DNA of 63,862 nt, filler included, from Rhabdomonas costata (GCA_019059605.1; 44 parts of 44 records of this genome joined end to end with filler, not necessarily neighbours in it); one strand, 5' to 3'. Shown: positions 26,562 through 40,480, counted from the first letter of the whole stretch. Made by a program: numbers and translations. The notes: generated by a model from the sequence alone, not told the origin.

Positions 26562-27895
26562 TGCTAGCTCCTCGTGAAGAGAGACGGACGTGATTTGCGT
26601 GATTTATGGAGATAGCTGATTTAAGATCATGGCCCACGCCAATGGCTGGCTGCACGGACTGCCAGCCGCTGCCGCGGCTCTGACCTTCACAAAAAAAAAT
26701 TCTGAAGAAAAACCAAATTTCACATCCTTGACCTTTCGCTACTCAAGGTGAACAGACGCAAAAGTGAATTGCGGGGGATATAGGTCCGATTCCCGACAGG
26801 AATAAAGAATGAGCCCAGCATTGTGCAAAAACGGACCTGGGCGTTGAGAGGGCCCGAGCTTGGTAGTGGCGGGAGCAGCGAAGGGCTGTCCGATCTGAGC
26901 GGTGAGAGTGTCAGCGTGGGTGATCATCTCCGTGACCAGCTTGGTGGAGAGGTAGTTGAGGAGAAGATCTGACGGCAGAAAAAACGGAAAACCAGGAATA
27001 CAAGCAAGCCACAATCTTCAGTTGAGTCACACCGCGGGGGCAGGCTAGTGCTGATATTGATTATTCCATTTAAATTTGAAAGTTGATCGTAATTTGATCT
27101 CGTCGAAAAAAGCCGGGAAGGGCCGCTGATCGAAAGCAAATATGAATACAGCCTTGGACAACCTCAACAACCCACCAGGGCAGGATAATGAGCTGTCCTC
27201 GAATCCCTGCTGCGATAGTGAGTTTGTTGATTTAGTTGGTTGATTTTTAAAGGGTAAGTTCGGCTGGTACTGAATCCTGGTCTGCAAGGATCGAAAACTG
27301 AAAAACCTGGCGAAAACCTTGCTCCACTCCAAAACGCCAAAGAGGCTTCACAGATTGCTGCCCTGTGTCGGTCCCCAGTTAACGGGAAACTTGCTCGCTC
27401 GAGCAACACCAGTTTTCCAAAGGGTGTGCGCAATGACATTTTCGAACGAGAAGCGCGAAACTAACTCGACCAACGGTTCGCACCAAAAAGCACCAAAAAG
27501 CGCACAACGTCAGAAAAGTCAGGAAAAAAACCCCCCNNNNNNNNNNNNNNNNNNNNNNNNNNNNNNNNNNNNNNNNNNNNTTAATTAATTAANNNNNNNN
27601 NNNNNNNNNNNNNNNNNNNNNNNNNNNNNNNNNNNNGGTGGTGGTTGAGATAAGATCATGAGGACGCGTCTAACCATTGGTGTGGCTTGAGCAGCGAGCA
27701 GCATCGTCGGAAAAGAGTGTTGGGTAGGGCAAGTGGGCGAGTGGACAGAGTTGTACCCCCCTGCAAACTCACTCGGCTGAGCGAAAGTAGCAGCGCCATG
27801 CAAGCACAGTTTCTGTAGGAAACCCGGGGCAGAGGTGTGTGTGTGGGGGGGGGGTTTGTGTGGGTATGATTGTGTATGTGGGATCAGAGCAAGAC

Positions 27896-28135
27896 CTGCG
27901 CCACGGCAAAGGCGTGTTGCAGGGGCAGGTCGATATCCACTACCACCACCTCGCTGCTGTTCGGGAGGAAGTCGTAGCAGGTGTTGGTCCGGAAGAACTC
28001 CAGAATGGGCTCCACGTCCCCCCGCAGGCTATCCGGGTCCGTCAGAGGCACGGCTGCGTTGTGCTCTGGGGACAGGAACTCCCGGCCTCCCACTCCCGGG
28101 GCGGCCGAGGATGAGGAGACCGCAGAAGAGGCCAT
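27896..28135 (-). CDS. AMPK gamma/SNF4-like CBS-domain protein, N-terminal exon
   Basis: ILEFFRTNTCYDFLPNSSEVVVVDIDLPLQHAF matches F...TCYDL.P.S.KLVVFD..L.VK.AF. CAG|GT donor at 27895. Confidence 0.85.
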
Positions 28136-29238
28136 GCACCGGGCTCCGTTCAGCTCCCCGCAATGGCCACGCAAGACTAACTCACCACCGCCAGTCCCAA
28201 GCTTGCTGACTCACGGCACTGCTGTCCGGGCGGGGGGTCAACCTTTCCACCGCTCTTGGCCTCTGAAGGATTGTTTTGGCGCCACGGGGGACCAGGGAAA
28301 ATAGATTGAGGAAAAAGCCACAAAGGGCAGCACAGAGGAGTAAAAAGCCGAATAACTGAAGAAATGCGTCAGCAGAAGCGTAAGCGAGCTGTCTGGGTTC
28401 GTGCCTTTTTTCCGGACTTACAGGCATTCCATCTCGCCATTCTAAAGCCATGACTTTCGGGGCGTCATCCGAGCAAAAAGTTCAGGCGGATACATATTCA
28501 GAAAAAGGGCGATGCCGAAGCAAACATGGGCAAATAGCTTTTTCCACACAAAAGAAGCAAAACAATGGCTGAGTATCGGATCCATTGCTGCACGTGGTGG
28601 AAAAACACGTCTGCTGAATGACTCTTGTGGTGGGTCACCTGACGCCGTACTCTCTCAGAGATGAACCATCCATTTGACGCGTGGAAGCATAATAACACCT
28701 ACATTTGCAGTTTGGATGGAGCCCAAAGGCCCGGTGCTGAAAAGTCCCAAAAGGGCCTGCCGGGTATGGCACCATTGTTTCAAATCTCATCACGATTTCT
28801 GGTGTTTCAGCAGGCCGAACGTCACAATCAAAGCGGAATTAAAACAGCAGGGAAAGACTCCTTCCATTAGGGTCTGCTACCGAGACTACCCAAACACACC
28901 ACAGACTCTCCAGGCTCCCATCGCACACTGGGGGACCCCCCCCCCCGCAGCCAACATGAGGGATAACGACAGCCACGGCGAAAAGAAAGTNNNNNNNNNN
29001 NNNNNNNNNNNNNNNNNNNNNNNNNNNNNNNNNNTTAATTAATTAANNNNNNNNNNNNNNNNNNNNNNNNNNNNNNNNNNNNNNNNNNNNGTTTGTTGGG
29101 GTCCCGATGCCGGGATGAAGAGGATACATAGACTCAGGAAGGATCCGCCCCCCCCCCCCAGAACAGCGATGAGAGAAAACATTTTTCACGTTTCTATTAC
29201 GGAGGGGCCAGGTGGCCTTTGGTTGAAAAAATCCCCAC

Positions 29239-29458
29239 CTGGAGTGCCCGCGAGGATCAGGCTGTCGGAGTAGAACTTGAGCCACGCGGGCAGGCTAGGG
29301 GTGGACCAGACCAGGCTGTCGTTGAGCGGCGAGAAAAACGTCGCGGGTGAAAGGGTTATCCGCACCATGCTGTTGGTCAACCACTGCCCTGAGGACAGCT
29401 GCAAGTTCAGTGGGATCTGCACGACAGGGGGCTTCGACGCGAGCACGTAGAGGGAGAA
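29239..29458 (-). CDS. Dystroglycan-type cadherin-like (CADG/He_PIG) domain exon
   Basis: PPVV.IPL...ITLSPATF...LPAWLKF...ILAGTP matches the LP.WL.F...SGTP signature. Flanked by AG and GT. Confidence 0.75.
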
Positions 29459-30261
29459 CTGCGCGCTGCACACCGCACAGGAGGAAAAAGGGAACAGCAC
29501 CACAATTCCCGGAGTGAAACTAAAACTCGACCTTGAAGCCTCATACCAAAGCCACCAAGAGTGACGGTGTGCCTAGGAATGTCGACGGTTCACCACCGGG
29601 CACTCGCTATTAAGAACATCATCGATATAATGGAGCACGACCGCAGCTTTTCGACCCAGCCCTGTATGGGGCCGACAAGTTAAGACAGGATGAAGGTGGA
29701 TATCATTCCACCCAAATCAGTACAGTACTGTAGCGTGGTTTCGAAAGTCTTCGAGATCTTCGTCCGCGCGTCGTCAAGGTGTCAAGGTGTATATATCACG
29801 AACAGGGAAGTGTTACCGTGCATTGGGTCAATATCCAAGGGGTCTTGATATTTGAAGGGAGGATGCCGTTTGTGCAGTTTGGCACGGCGATACGTCAGAG
29901 CAAGTCGAGAAACTCCCCCTCCAGACAGCCCAGAAACATCCGAACAAAAACCAAAGCACGAGAAACTGCATCGTTCCAGAAGCACCAACAATAGCTATCC
30001 ATGCAACATTGCAAGGACGCAAGCAGGTTGCACACCTGTTCCAGAGCTTGGACCACGACACAGATACAGAGAAGCACGAAACAACGCCACGAAACCCTGG
30101 GAGTGGGAGAAACGGGGGTGTTTCCTTCACAAGGAGAGATGTGCGCAAGGAGAAAAACCAAAGTGAGGGGGGGGGGCAAACACAAGACATCCCCCCGCCA
30201 ACCAACTGTTTACAGATCAGGGTGCTTATGAAACCTTGAGCTTTGTGTTTGTGACTCTGTC

Positions 30262-30444
30262 GTCTCGGCCACCAGTGGTACAAAGTCCCAACCTGCAACA
30301 GAGCAGCCACCACTGTACCTCTTCAGCTTCGCTAGCTCTCTGTCCTCGGCTGCCACTCCGGCCACGGCGGGCCCGTGGTGGTGAGCGGTGCCGAGAGGGT
30401 GCACAACCGAAACATCTAGCGCCAACGGACGGGTCCCCCCAACC
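30262..30444 (-). mobile_element. Restriction-like endonuclease fragment of a CRE-like non-LTR retrotransposon
   Basis: RPLALDVSVVHP...AAEDRELAKLKRY...C...GWDFVPLVAET. Similarity ends abruptly after ET. Confidence 0.8.
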
Positions 30445-31490
30445 NNNNNNNNNNNNNNNNNNNNNNNNNNNNNNNNNNNNNNNNNNNNTTAATTAATTAA
30501 NNNNNNNNNNNNNNNNNNNNNNNNNNNNNNNNNNNNNNNNNNNNGTGTGGGGGTGTGAGAGAGTGATTAAATCCGTTCCTGGGGCTATTACTTTCGGATA
30601 GGGTGGGTGGGGGAACCCTAGGCATGTCCCACAGTGCTGAATACTTTAGCAGTGGCCAACATGAACAGAAAGCCGCTGCGTGCGCATGCACCTGGGACCA
30701 TGGGACTGAGGCTACGCGCCATAAACTAATGTTTTCGTCCTTTCGCAGCATATTATTCATCTTTGCTGCTCGTCTGGTGTCCACCCGCCTTCGCTGCAAT
30801 GTGCGAAAAGCAGGTCGCTTAGAACGCTGACTCTGATGCCTCCTGTGCCTCGTTTGACGCACTTCTTTTGGGTCCCTTGACCACCGCTGGGAGAAAACAA
30901 ACGTTTCCGGAGAAAACCGGTCCTCTCAATTGTTCGGTAGCCATCTCACCTAACCCGTCGAGGGGCTCTAGCCCTATGCCACCCGTCACTCCTATCATTG
31001 ACTCAAACATTAATGAAATGGTGCAATTCGATTTGAATATACACCCCGGGGTCAGTCTGGGCTTGGGGAGAAAGGTTCTTTGGGCCAAATCAGGAAATGT
31101 TAAAACCAACGTATTCTTACCCAAAGACTTCGCTGTGGTGGCCAGGTGTTCAATTTCTTTGGGGGGGATTAGAAAAAAGAAAAAAGAAGAGAAGCGAAGA
31201 GAGAAGCTCAAAAAGCTGGACCACTCGTCCACTCTTCCTCCACTCGCACACAGCGGGGGTTGGGGGGTCTACCGACACGATAGGGATACAAGGAGCACAC
31301 GCAAGCACAAGGCACACGCACGGCAGCAGGCACACAGGACCCCTTGGGAAATGGGAGGGCCACCACCCGCTCACGCAGCCATCACCGCCAGCCTTCAGCC
31401 CAAACCAGGGCGCGTAGTGACTGATGCTGCGAAGTACGTGTGGCTCTGCCCCCACGCCCCATCCATCATCTCTGATGGGAGGGGGCCTCC

Positions 31491-31847
<357 letters not shown>

Positions 31848-34800
31848 TCAAAAGGCCAGCTGTTCCACCAAAAATGCGCCACAACCGAACAACAACACNN
31901 NNNNNNNNNNNNNNNNNNNNNNNNNNNNNNNNNNNNNNNNNNTTAATTAATTAANNNNNNNNNNNNNNNNNNNNNNNNNNNNNNNNNNNNNNNNNNNNTG
32001 TGGTGGGTTGGCTTTGGCAAGGTGTGATGCTCACCCTTGTCAGTTCCAGTGTCCAGCTCTCCGAATGTCTCGCGGTGTGGGGTGCTTCTTCTTGACGATT
32101 CCTGCTTCCTGTGTGTGTGTTCAGCTGGCCGATACGCTCGAGAACCTCGTTCAGGTGACTCGAGCTCTGCTGGTGAGTGCTTGTGTTGTTCTGTGCTGGA
32201 TTGGTCTGGATTGGTTGCAAATTGTGGCCTTGTCGGGTAGGTTGCGTTCAGATTTTGTGTGCTGCTGTTAATCCACTTGCCTTTTTTGCCCTTGCGGAAA
32301 AAATGACAAAAAAAAGGAGCTGGCTCGGTGGGTTGCTGCATCTTCCAGCCGCTCACATATGCTGTGAAGTATTTTACTTGTGTATTTGTGCCCTCGCTGC
32401 TCTTCAGACTCTCCATCCCGGTTTTTAGGGCTCTGGTGACTCATCAGCGGTCCCATTCGCGCCAAAGGTGACTCGCTGGGGTGCAGGCAGTGGCCGCACA
32501 CTGGAGCCACCTTCCTCTGGATCGTTGGTGCGTTTGCTTATGCATGATTTCCATTTTTTCGGCCTGAAGAGTGATGTAACCCAACCTTATTCCTTTTCGC
32601 AAGGCTGGAACAGATTGTGAATATAACACCCTTTTCCTGGAATTTTAGCAGGATTTTTTCGGCTCGCCCCCCCCCCCGTCCACAGTCTAAACAAGAGTGG
32701 AAACGGCGCGACCACTCCGGCATCCAAAAACCATACCGGCAAGCCAGTTTATCAGGAAAAATGACCATCCCGACTTCTAAATATGCTGAGAAAAACGCAT
32801 TCACGAAGGCCCAGTCCCAATCCCACGCCTATGCGCGAAACACAAACCGGGGTTGACGGCAGCGCGCCCAGATAATCAAACCGCAGGGAATTGCCGAACC
32901 GGAAGCCCTTGGCTTTGGGCTCCACCGCCTCGAAAGAAGGGGAATAGTCCAGCCGAGAGCCTGAGAGAGATCACGTGATGGTGGTGGATCCACTGTAGAA
33001 AGCAAGAACTGAATAGGCTAAAAAGAAAGGGCGAAGAAAAAGCCTGAACAATAAAGGGCTACGAGAAAGCATCAAAGCTTGGTTGTCCACCATGCAAAAA
33101 TACAAACCCCCTCGTGGAGAGCAAAAAATGGGAGCCAACCTTCGGAAACCACCGTGGACACCGGGTCCTTCCGACCAGAGCATTTCTCGAAGTTCACGGC
33201 GGGAACCTAGCATGAAGACCACAACCGCCACCGTACACACAATACACGAGTGCACATTCAAAACCTTGGAGCGCATCGATCCCAATTTCTCTCACAACAA
33301 ACAAAAACAATGAATGCGTCCGCCCCACTTCTGTAGCGAACCGAAGCTCTTGNNNNNNNNNNNNNNNNNNNNNNNNNNNNNNNNNNNNNNNNNNNNTTAA
33401 TTAATTAANNNNNNNNNNNNNNNNNNNNNNNNNNNNNNNNNNNNNNNNNNNNGTGTGGGTATGCATCAGGGGGAAGAGGGGGAGAGAATCGCACCGCCAA
33501 GAAGGCATCCCCAAGCAGAGGACCCCACGGCTCGCCACCGCGGGTCACCGCCCTCCAGAGCTCCTCGCTGCCCCTGCAGCGCGGGTTGGCAAAACAACTG
33601 GTAGCATATTTCGACGTCAGCGTTTTTCACTCACTTAATCCCCTTGAGCTGCCTTCCTTTTCGTCCGCTGCTGCGCTCAGCTGTCCCCCAATCCCTGGCA
33701 CAGGAGAACGAACTTTTCAATGTGCTAAACGGATTTACACCACAAACCCTCCAGCAGGCAAGAGAGTTAGGGATAGGGGTTAAGAGAGTTTGGCAAACGT
33801 TTGGCGATAAGGTGGGGTGAGGAAAGGGACAGGGGCGAGGGACAAACCCCAACCAGGCAGCCAAGCAGAGTGCGGCGAGAAGCACTGCAGCGAGCTGCCT
33901 GTTGCGGGCCATCCCCGTGCTTCGCAAGTTCAGCAGCAGGCAGAGCACCACCAGAGCGAACGAGCCCACTGCACTACAAGCAGCGGACAGAGGGATCGAT
34001 TTAGATGCACTGCTCTTGTTGGGGATGTGGGGATGATGGGGGGGGGGTTACCCGGTGCCCGAACCCCTGATGCTCTGAACACCTGAAGCGTGATGTTACC
34101 CGAGGAATTCGGTTTCCCCGAGTCGAACAAACAGAGCAGGGCGGATGGTCACAATGATTCGTATAGCGCAAGTGCATAAAGTTAGAGAGCGATGAGTAGT
34201 ACCCAGTAATCGTCGCAGAAGCTTCGAACAAGAACCTGTGTATTAGTGCGAAGCACATGGCTTCTTAACATGGGTTCTGGGGATTTGATGCGGTGGATGA
34301 CTGTGCATGGGTACCAATGGTAACCCCCCTTGCAGTCCACAGTACTTCACAACACCCAGCAGGACTTTTCTCTGGTCTAAGGTTTTCCCTCCGAAATTCC
34401 ATTTCACTTCCAAAAGCATGCAACGGAAGCAAAGCAGCGGCGTCAGTCATCCAGGTTAGGATATTTCGGCAATGGTATTGCCTGATAAGAGCTGCTGGCT
34501 AACAGCCACTTACAAAATGATGCCTTTTGAGCCTCATTCCTCAACGGTATGAAATCCGCTGCCGCATGCGTTGAAACGCAGTCAGCTTTAACGGAACAAT
34601 CATTCGATATAATCAACCTGGGCCTCCTCTACAGATCACTAAAGAAAATCTCTCTCGCACAAAACCTGCAAAACAGAAGCGGAAGGAGTGGGCTGGCGCC
34701 GAGGATGCCTCGCTTCCCAACAGCCATCGTCCAGGCTCCCGCAATTACTACCACGCCACCCGCGAGCACTACCTGGGCACAACAACATCGCAATTTCAAA

Positions 34801-35101
34801 CACAAANNNNNNNNNNNNNNNNNNNNNNNNNNNNNNNNNNNNNNNNNNNNTTAATTAATTAANNNNNNNNNNNNNNNNNNNNNNNNNNNNNNNNNNNNNN
34901 NNNNNNGTGGTTTTTGCCCGACAGAATGGTTAAGGGACCGAATAGGACCGAATGGTTATACGCAAGAATTAACGTATTGAGGTATCTTGTTTGGGAAAAC
35001 CGATGAGGACAAATAACATTCGATCCGACAACAAAATACGTGGCACAAGGGGCCCTGCCCATCTTTGTGCAGAACAATAGGCGCAAAAGTGTACAAGACA
35101 C

Positions 35102-35729
35102 CTTTGACTCGATGTAGTCGACGTACTTCTTGATCAGGTTTTTGTACTTTCGCTCGAACGCCTGCTCGGCAACAATGTAACCATTGCAACCGCCGGGGGA
35201 CATCGCGCACCGGCGCACCCCGTCGATGATGTGGTGGACATAGTCACTAGCAGACTGGCTGTCCAGACCGTAGCAGCTCACTGTCCGGCTGACCCAGATA
35301 AAGTGCAGCCAGCACCCCGTCTGAGAGTCAACAAAAGTGTTGAATTCGTAGTGTAAATGTAGGGTAATAATACCACAGAAACCGTGATGAAAAACAAAAG
35401 AGGGAGTTAGCCAAAGCTAATGGGAGAAAGAGGACAAACGTTCTTTAGGAAATGAGGAACAAATCCGGTTTCCAGGCTACAGAAGCGCGACAGAAGATGT
35501 TGTCAGGGAAAAATCAAAAAGCACTTCGCACCTGCACAGAGAAGTCTTTCTTGACGTCCTTGAGAATGCGAAGAACCACCACAATCTCGGGGTTCACCTT
35601 CAGCGTAAAAACAGGCTCTTTCAGGATTCCCACTATCCGCTGAACAGCCTGGGACACGATGTGGCGGTTTTCGCCTTGAATGTGGAAGGAGTCCGAGTCC
35701 GCATCAACGTGAAAGGCGTGCAGGTTGAA
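35102..35729 (-). CDS. Two phase-0 exons (35729-35532, 35320-35102), unknown protein, possibly KH-like
   Basis: Both exons have AG/GT boundaries and join in frame as ...KDVKKDFSVQ|TGCWLHFIWVSRTVSCYG...KKYVDYIESK. No GxxG seen. Confidence 0.6.
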
Positions 35730-36355
35730 CTGCAATGGAAAATGATGAAAATGATCTTGACGTCATGTGCCATGTGGGGAAAAGATCTCAAAAACCATTA
35801 ACATTAAACACCGTTGGGGGGGGGGGGGGTTGCGTTCAAAAACTCACAATAACTGGAGGTTAACGTTCAACCAACACAACGAACAAACGAGAACAGTGCC
35901 TGTGGGTTCGTATCACCGATGAGCGGAATCTGGGGTTAAATTCCTTTTCCATTCTAGCAGGAGCTTGGTGGCTAATACGTTTAGCCCACCCCTCCTTGTT
36001 ATAGCGCCGCTTAATTATTGTAATTATGGGAGGGCTTCGAGTCCCCCAGCTTGCGGGGCTCAGTTGCTGATGAACAGCTGAAAAACTCCCATGTTCAGAA
36101 CTTCCCAGAACTGCCCATATTAAGACGCGTTCACATTAAAAATTCTGATTCAAAATATACAGAGAGGGCTACGCCGAAGCGGCCTGGGGTCTTTTGTATG
36201 TACAGCATTATATTTTAACTTTGCCTGAAAAATCTAATGCTGTACACACAAAACCNNNNNNNNNNNNNNNNNNNNNNNNNNNNNNNNNNNNNNNNNNNNT
36301 TAATTAATTAANNNNNNNNNNNNNNNNNNNNNNNNNNNNNNNNNNNNNNNNNNNN

Positions 36356-37140
36356 GTTGGGGTGGGGTACGTCGCAGAACTGCAGGAGGAGGTCCGCCGG
36401 CCGCTCCTTGGACTCGGGGATTTCCTGCTCCACCAGGCATTCCACGCCGGCCAGCTCCGCCTGAAAGAGGACGGCCTTGCGCAACAGGTTGTGTCTCGAG
36501 TGTCTCGAGTAGTTGGGAGGTCGTGTGAGCCAATCTCCACAGTGGGCGCCGCACTGAACCTGTCGAAGGCGAGTGAGGCGGTCGCTGACTTCACTGTTCC
36601 AACGGACATAGCGGCTTCATCCCGTGCAGCCGTCCAAGAGCTCTGCGACGACCAAGAGTCAAGGAGAGGGTGAGCAAGAACTGAAAAAGGGAGGAAGGCG
36701 CAACAGAATGTGGCATAGGGGAGGAACTCGGGGCAAATCCAACCGATCGCCTCCTACATCGCCGTGCGGTTCAGCGTGTTGAACGCGTTGGTGAAGTCTA
36801 GGGAAAGTAAAGCAGACCCCACTTTTACCATGGAAGGCCAGGCCCTCACGTGGTGGACCAAAGCCTCAGCGGCCGCGGGAGACCAGCCGCTCGACGGGAC
36901 TCAGGGAAGCTGTCACCGTCAAGTACCAAAGGGTCTTGCGGTGGCGTTCCGCCTCTGTTGGAGCATGCTGGACATAACAAACAAACAAAGGTCCGAGGAT
37001 CTTTTGTCCATGGTGTTCGGGAAGGAAATGTTTGAGCAGGAGGTTTGTGTTTTACGCAGCAATCCGATCGCCCAAGCGCTGGATGCCGCGGATGGACGCA
37101 TTGACGGGCGGTACTTTGGCGTTCCGATCCCAAATGTCGG
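36356..37140 (+). CDS. Multi-exon protein fragment containing ALDAADGRIDGRYFG; exon structure unresolved
   Basis: Coding-like frame at 36362-36487 ending CAG|GT, and the motif at about 37077-37121. Confidence 0.5.
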
Positions 37141-38337
37141 GTATTATTTTGCCTCTCCTCGTGCCGGGGAGCCTGTGCGTGTCCTCTCTGTCCCTCTCTT
37201 CTTCTTGCCTACGTTTTTTTTTCAATTATCAGTGCAGGAAGTATCGAAAATGACAGCGAAGGTCTCTTCATTAACAATTACCAGCCGAGGGTGAAAGGTC
37301 CGGCCTCTCAGATTCGAGTCATTTTTCTTTTCCTTTTACCCCATGAAAAAAATAAAGTTAAAACTGTATTTCGAACTGCATTTTGCTTGGGTTTGCACTG
37401 AGTCTGTTCTTTTTTTTATTGCTTTTGCGGGTTGCGTTCATGGACGAGACTTTTTTAAATTGCTCGGATAGCTACGGGTACCCTCAACGCATTTAGCTTG
37501 CATGCCGCAGCCGTCTGGTTTTGGTTTCACGTCGAGCACTGCGTTTTCAAGATTGTCCGTGTGATGTGAGTGTTTGTGGGAGTTGGCCACTGCACTCAGG
37601 GCTTCCCCCTACGGTGGGTACGGTGGATATGGAGGGCGTACTGTGTACCCCGCTCATCGCATTGGGTACGGTGCGCGGCGGTGGTAAAGCAAAGCGGATC
37701 TCTGTAGTCNNNNNNNNNNNNNNNNNNNNNNNNNNNNNNNNNNNNNNNNNNNNTTAATTAATTAANNNNNNNNNNNNNNNNNNNNNNNNNNNNNNNNNNN
37801 NNNNNNNNNTCTGCCTTCAGGAAAGAACTTATGGGTATCCGTGTGTCCGGGTGTTGTTAGCCGCCTCTTGTAGCGTTGGGAGATGGGTGTCGAGAAGAGA
37901 GTCCGTGGTTGCGTGTGCTTTTTTGGCCTTTACATCAATGTTGGCAGTGGGTTCTACGCTGTATCTGGGGTTGGTTTGCGTTCGGCTGTGGGATGGTGCC
38001 TTCTGTATTCGTGGATCTCTTGGTATTCATGGGTTATGGTTCTGGATGTGCAATTGGCTACGGGGTTTGTGCTTGCTGGGCGATGCTACGCCGCTGCCAC
38101 GCGTGTTGCGGACTGCGGCGGATTGTGTGTTGTAACAGCCAGTGAATGGTTGTACCAGTTTGGTAAGTAGGAGTGAGAACGGGGAGGTGCACGAGTCACA
38201 CAGACAGAAGAAAAGCGTGAGGGAAAAAGGTTCTGAGTAGTTAACGCTGGGAGATCGACCAGGAATGCTAACGCTACCGGATTCTTCTTCTTTTTTCCAA
38301 CCCCCCTTTTCTTTTGCAACCACTACTGGTTTTCTAC

Positions 38338-38572
38338 CCAAAAAACTAACGCTGAGGTCCCCGAAGTTGAAGTTTCCATTGAAGAAGGATCAGAACCCAC
38401 GCCGCCGAGGCCACTACTGTTCCTATCGCTTACCTTTGTGAAACATGTAGTGCCCGCCGTGTTGGATTCAGGAGCTTCAGATTGCTTCATGAGCGAAGCC
38501 ATGGCAACTGAACTGCAACTGCCCAAGTGGGTCAGCCTCGGATTCAACCGACTCAGCAACAACTCACACTGA
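38338..38572 (+). mobile_element. LTR-retrotransposon (Ty3/gypsy-like) aspartic protease remnant
   Basis: PLLFLSLTFVKHVVPAVLDSGASDCFMSEAMATELQL, with the catalytic D at 38465. The frame closes before the second half of the protease. Confidence 0.75.
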
Positions 38573-40253
38573 GCCATCTGCCATGGAGCGATCACATCCA
38601 GTGGGGGAGCGTTCAGCCCCGCCGTTACCAGCGAACGACTACTTAGACTAAGACCCCTTTGACTTCACACGTGAAGTATGGAAGCAAAAGCCCCTGAGTT
38701 CTGCATGACCATTGTCTCTAACGACACCACCTGTTCCAGACGAAACTCCTAAGTTGCCTGCCTGTGACCATTCTGCACCAAACGCGCAACCAGTGTCCAA
38801 ACCAACGGAATCAGCACCCTTGCAACCTGTCGTTCCTGAGCCTCCAGGCCCACTATTTCCTGAGGAATTTACTCCACAACGGATGAGGATGACGATTCAC
38901 CACCTTGGCACCAGTTGGATTCCACGACTATCCCAGGCACCACACCAGAAGAGGTCGTGCGTTGGATTCGCACGGCACGAGCCTCAACAGAGGAAGAGGC
39001 CGAAGACGAGGCTTTTGACTCCGCCATACCGACATCAATGGTTCCCGTACCAAGTCCTAATGCCTTGACTCACCTTCAAGTCTCGGTAAATGCAGTCACT
39101 ACCGATGCATCCGTCGGTTCACCCAGACGTGGAATGCCACCGCCCACCACCCCCTCATTTCTTNNNNNNNNNNNNNNNNNNNNNNNNNNNNNNNNNNNNN
39201 NNNNNNNTTAATTAATTAANNNNNNNNNNNNNNNNNNNNNNNNNNNNNNNNNNNNNNNNNNNNGGTGGGGGGGGTGCTCCGCGGGGATGCTGTAATGCTG
39301 CTGCTGCTGCTGCTGCTCTGCGTGTGTTCTGTCCATTGCCTTTTTTGTTGTCTGTGTGGGTGCCTATTGAACTAATTGAATGAAGTTTGAATTGAGTGAA
39401 TTTTTGCTAGCTCTCCCTGGTCGGCCCGGAAGGGGGGGTCTTCTAGTTTCCGACGTGGTTTTTTCTTTTTTTTTAGTGGTGGTTACTCTCGATTTTCCTC
39501 TTCCTCTCAAACGCGCGCGAAAACAAGAGAGTCAATGGGGACGTCCTCAGTGAAACAGACCTCCTGTGACAGCAGCAGCAAATTGCGTCATGAACAGTTG
39601 GTTTCTGTCCCCTCTCCACAGACACAGACCACGCACGCGAGGCGGATGTGCGGCTTGTGGCAGCATTCCAGCAGTAGATCGTAAATGGTGTCGGGTTGGA
39701 TGATTTGGCCATCAGGTTTAGACGACAAGCTCAACACCTTAGCAAATTCGCGACAAGTCAAGTGACGGTAATGCCCAATGCACAAGGGTGGAGCAACCCA
39801 AATATACAAGTCATCGGTCAAACCCGTCGACACTGGTAGACCAAGTGTCCATTTGGAACTGCCAAAAAGAAGCAGAGCGCGTAATTGGTAGATTTCGTTT
39901 AGTTGGGTGGCCTAGTGAGGGCGGAGCGCGCATTTTCCATATAACATAGAGAAGAGCAAGCCTTGCCCCTGTTGAACTGTTCTTGGATACTGTGCCGGAC
40001 GCTGAACTTCGTATACTTGCCCCTAATCCAAACATAAACTCCCAGGTCTACCCCACACTTCAGTCTAGCGAACATTGGTTTGATTTTCCTGCACTATTTT
40101 TATTCATTTTATTTTGAGCCGAAAAGTAAACGTCCAAGACCTGGACACCCGTAAATGGTCACTCCGCCCGATCGAGGCGTACCTTCTTGCCTTTCCAGAG
40201 GACTTACGTGAGCCTTTACAGCGAGTGAGACGAGCACATTCACTTCGCTGCAG

Positions 40254-40480
40254 TTGTCCACCAAACCGTTCTTGTACCATCGGGTTGTGTTGTTTCTACA
40301 TTGCCGCGGTCCGCAGCTCTTCCCGATCGTTGACCCGGAGATGCCTGAGTCGAAGTACGATGAGATCATTGAGCGGGACTGGAACTTTGACAGCGACGGC
40401 CAACCCACGATGGACTGGCAGCATTTCCTGGATGCGATGTTTGATTTTATGGACCTCTGGGCGGACAAGACTTGCGCGGA
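40254..40480 (+). CDS. EF-hand-like protein exon(s)
   Basis: IIERDWNFDSDGQPTMDWQHFLDAMFDFMDLW followed by a GA|GTAAGC donor. Confidence 0.6.

Noticed and set aside
33765-33785. TTAGGG-like telomeric sequence
   Set aside because: One exact unit only, not an array.
35895-36060. GGTTCG and TTCGAGTCCC T-loop-like strings as tRNAs
   Set aside because: No acceptor, D or anticodon stems could be formed.
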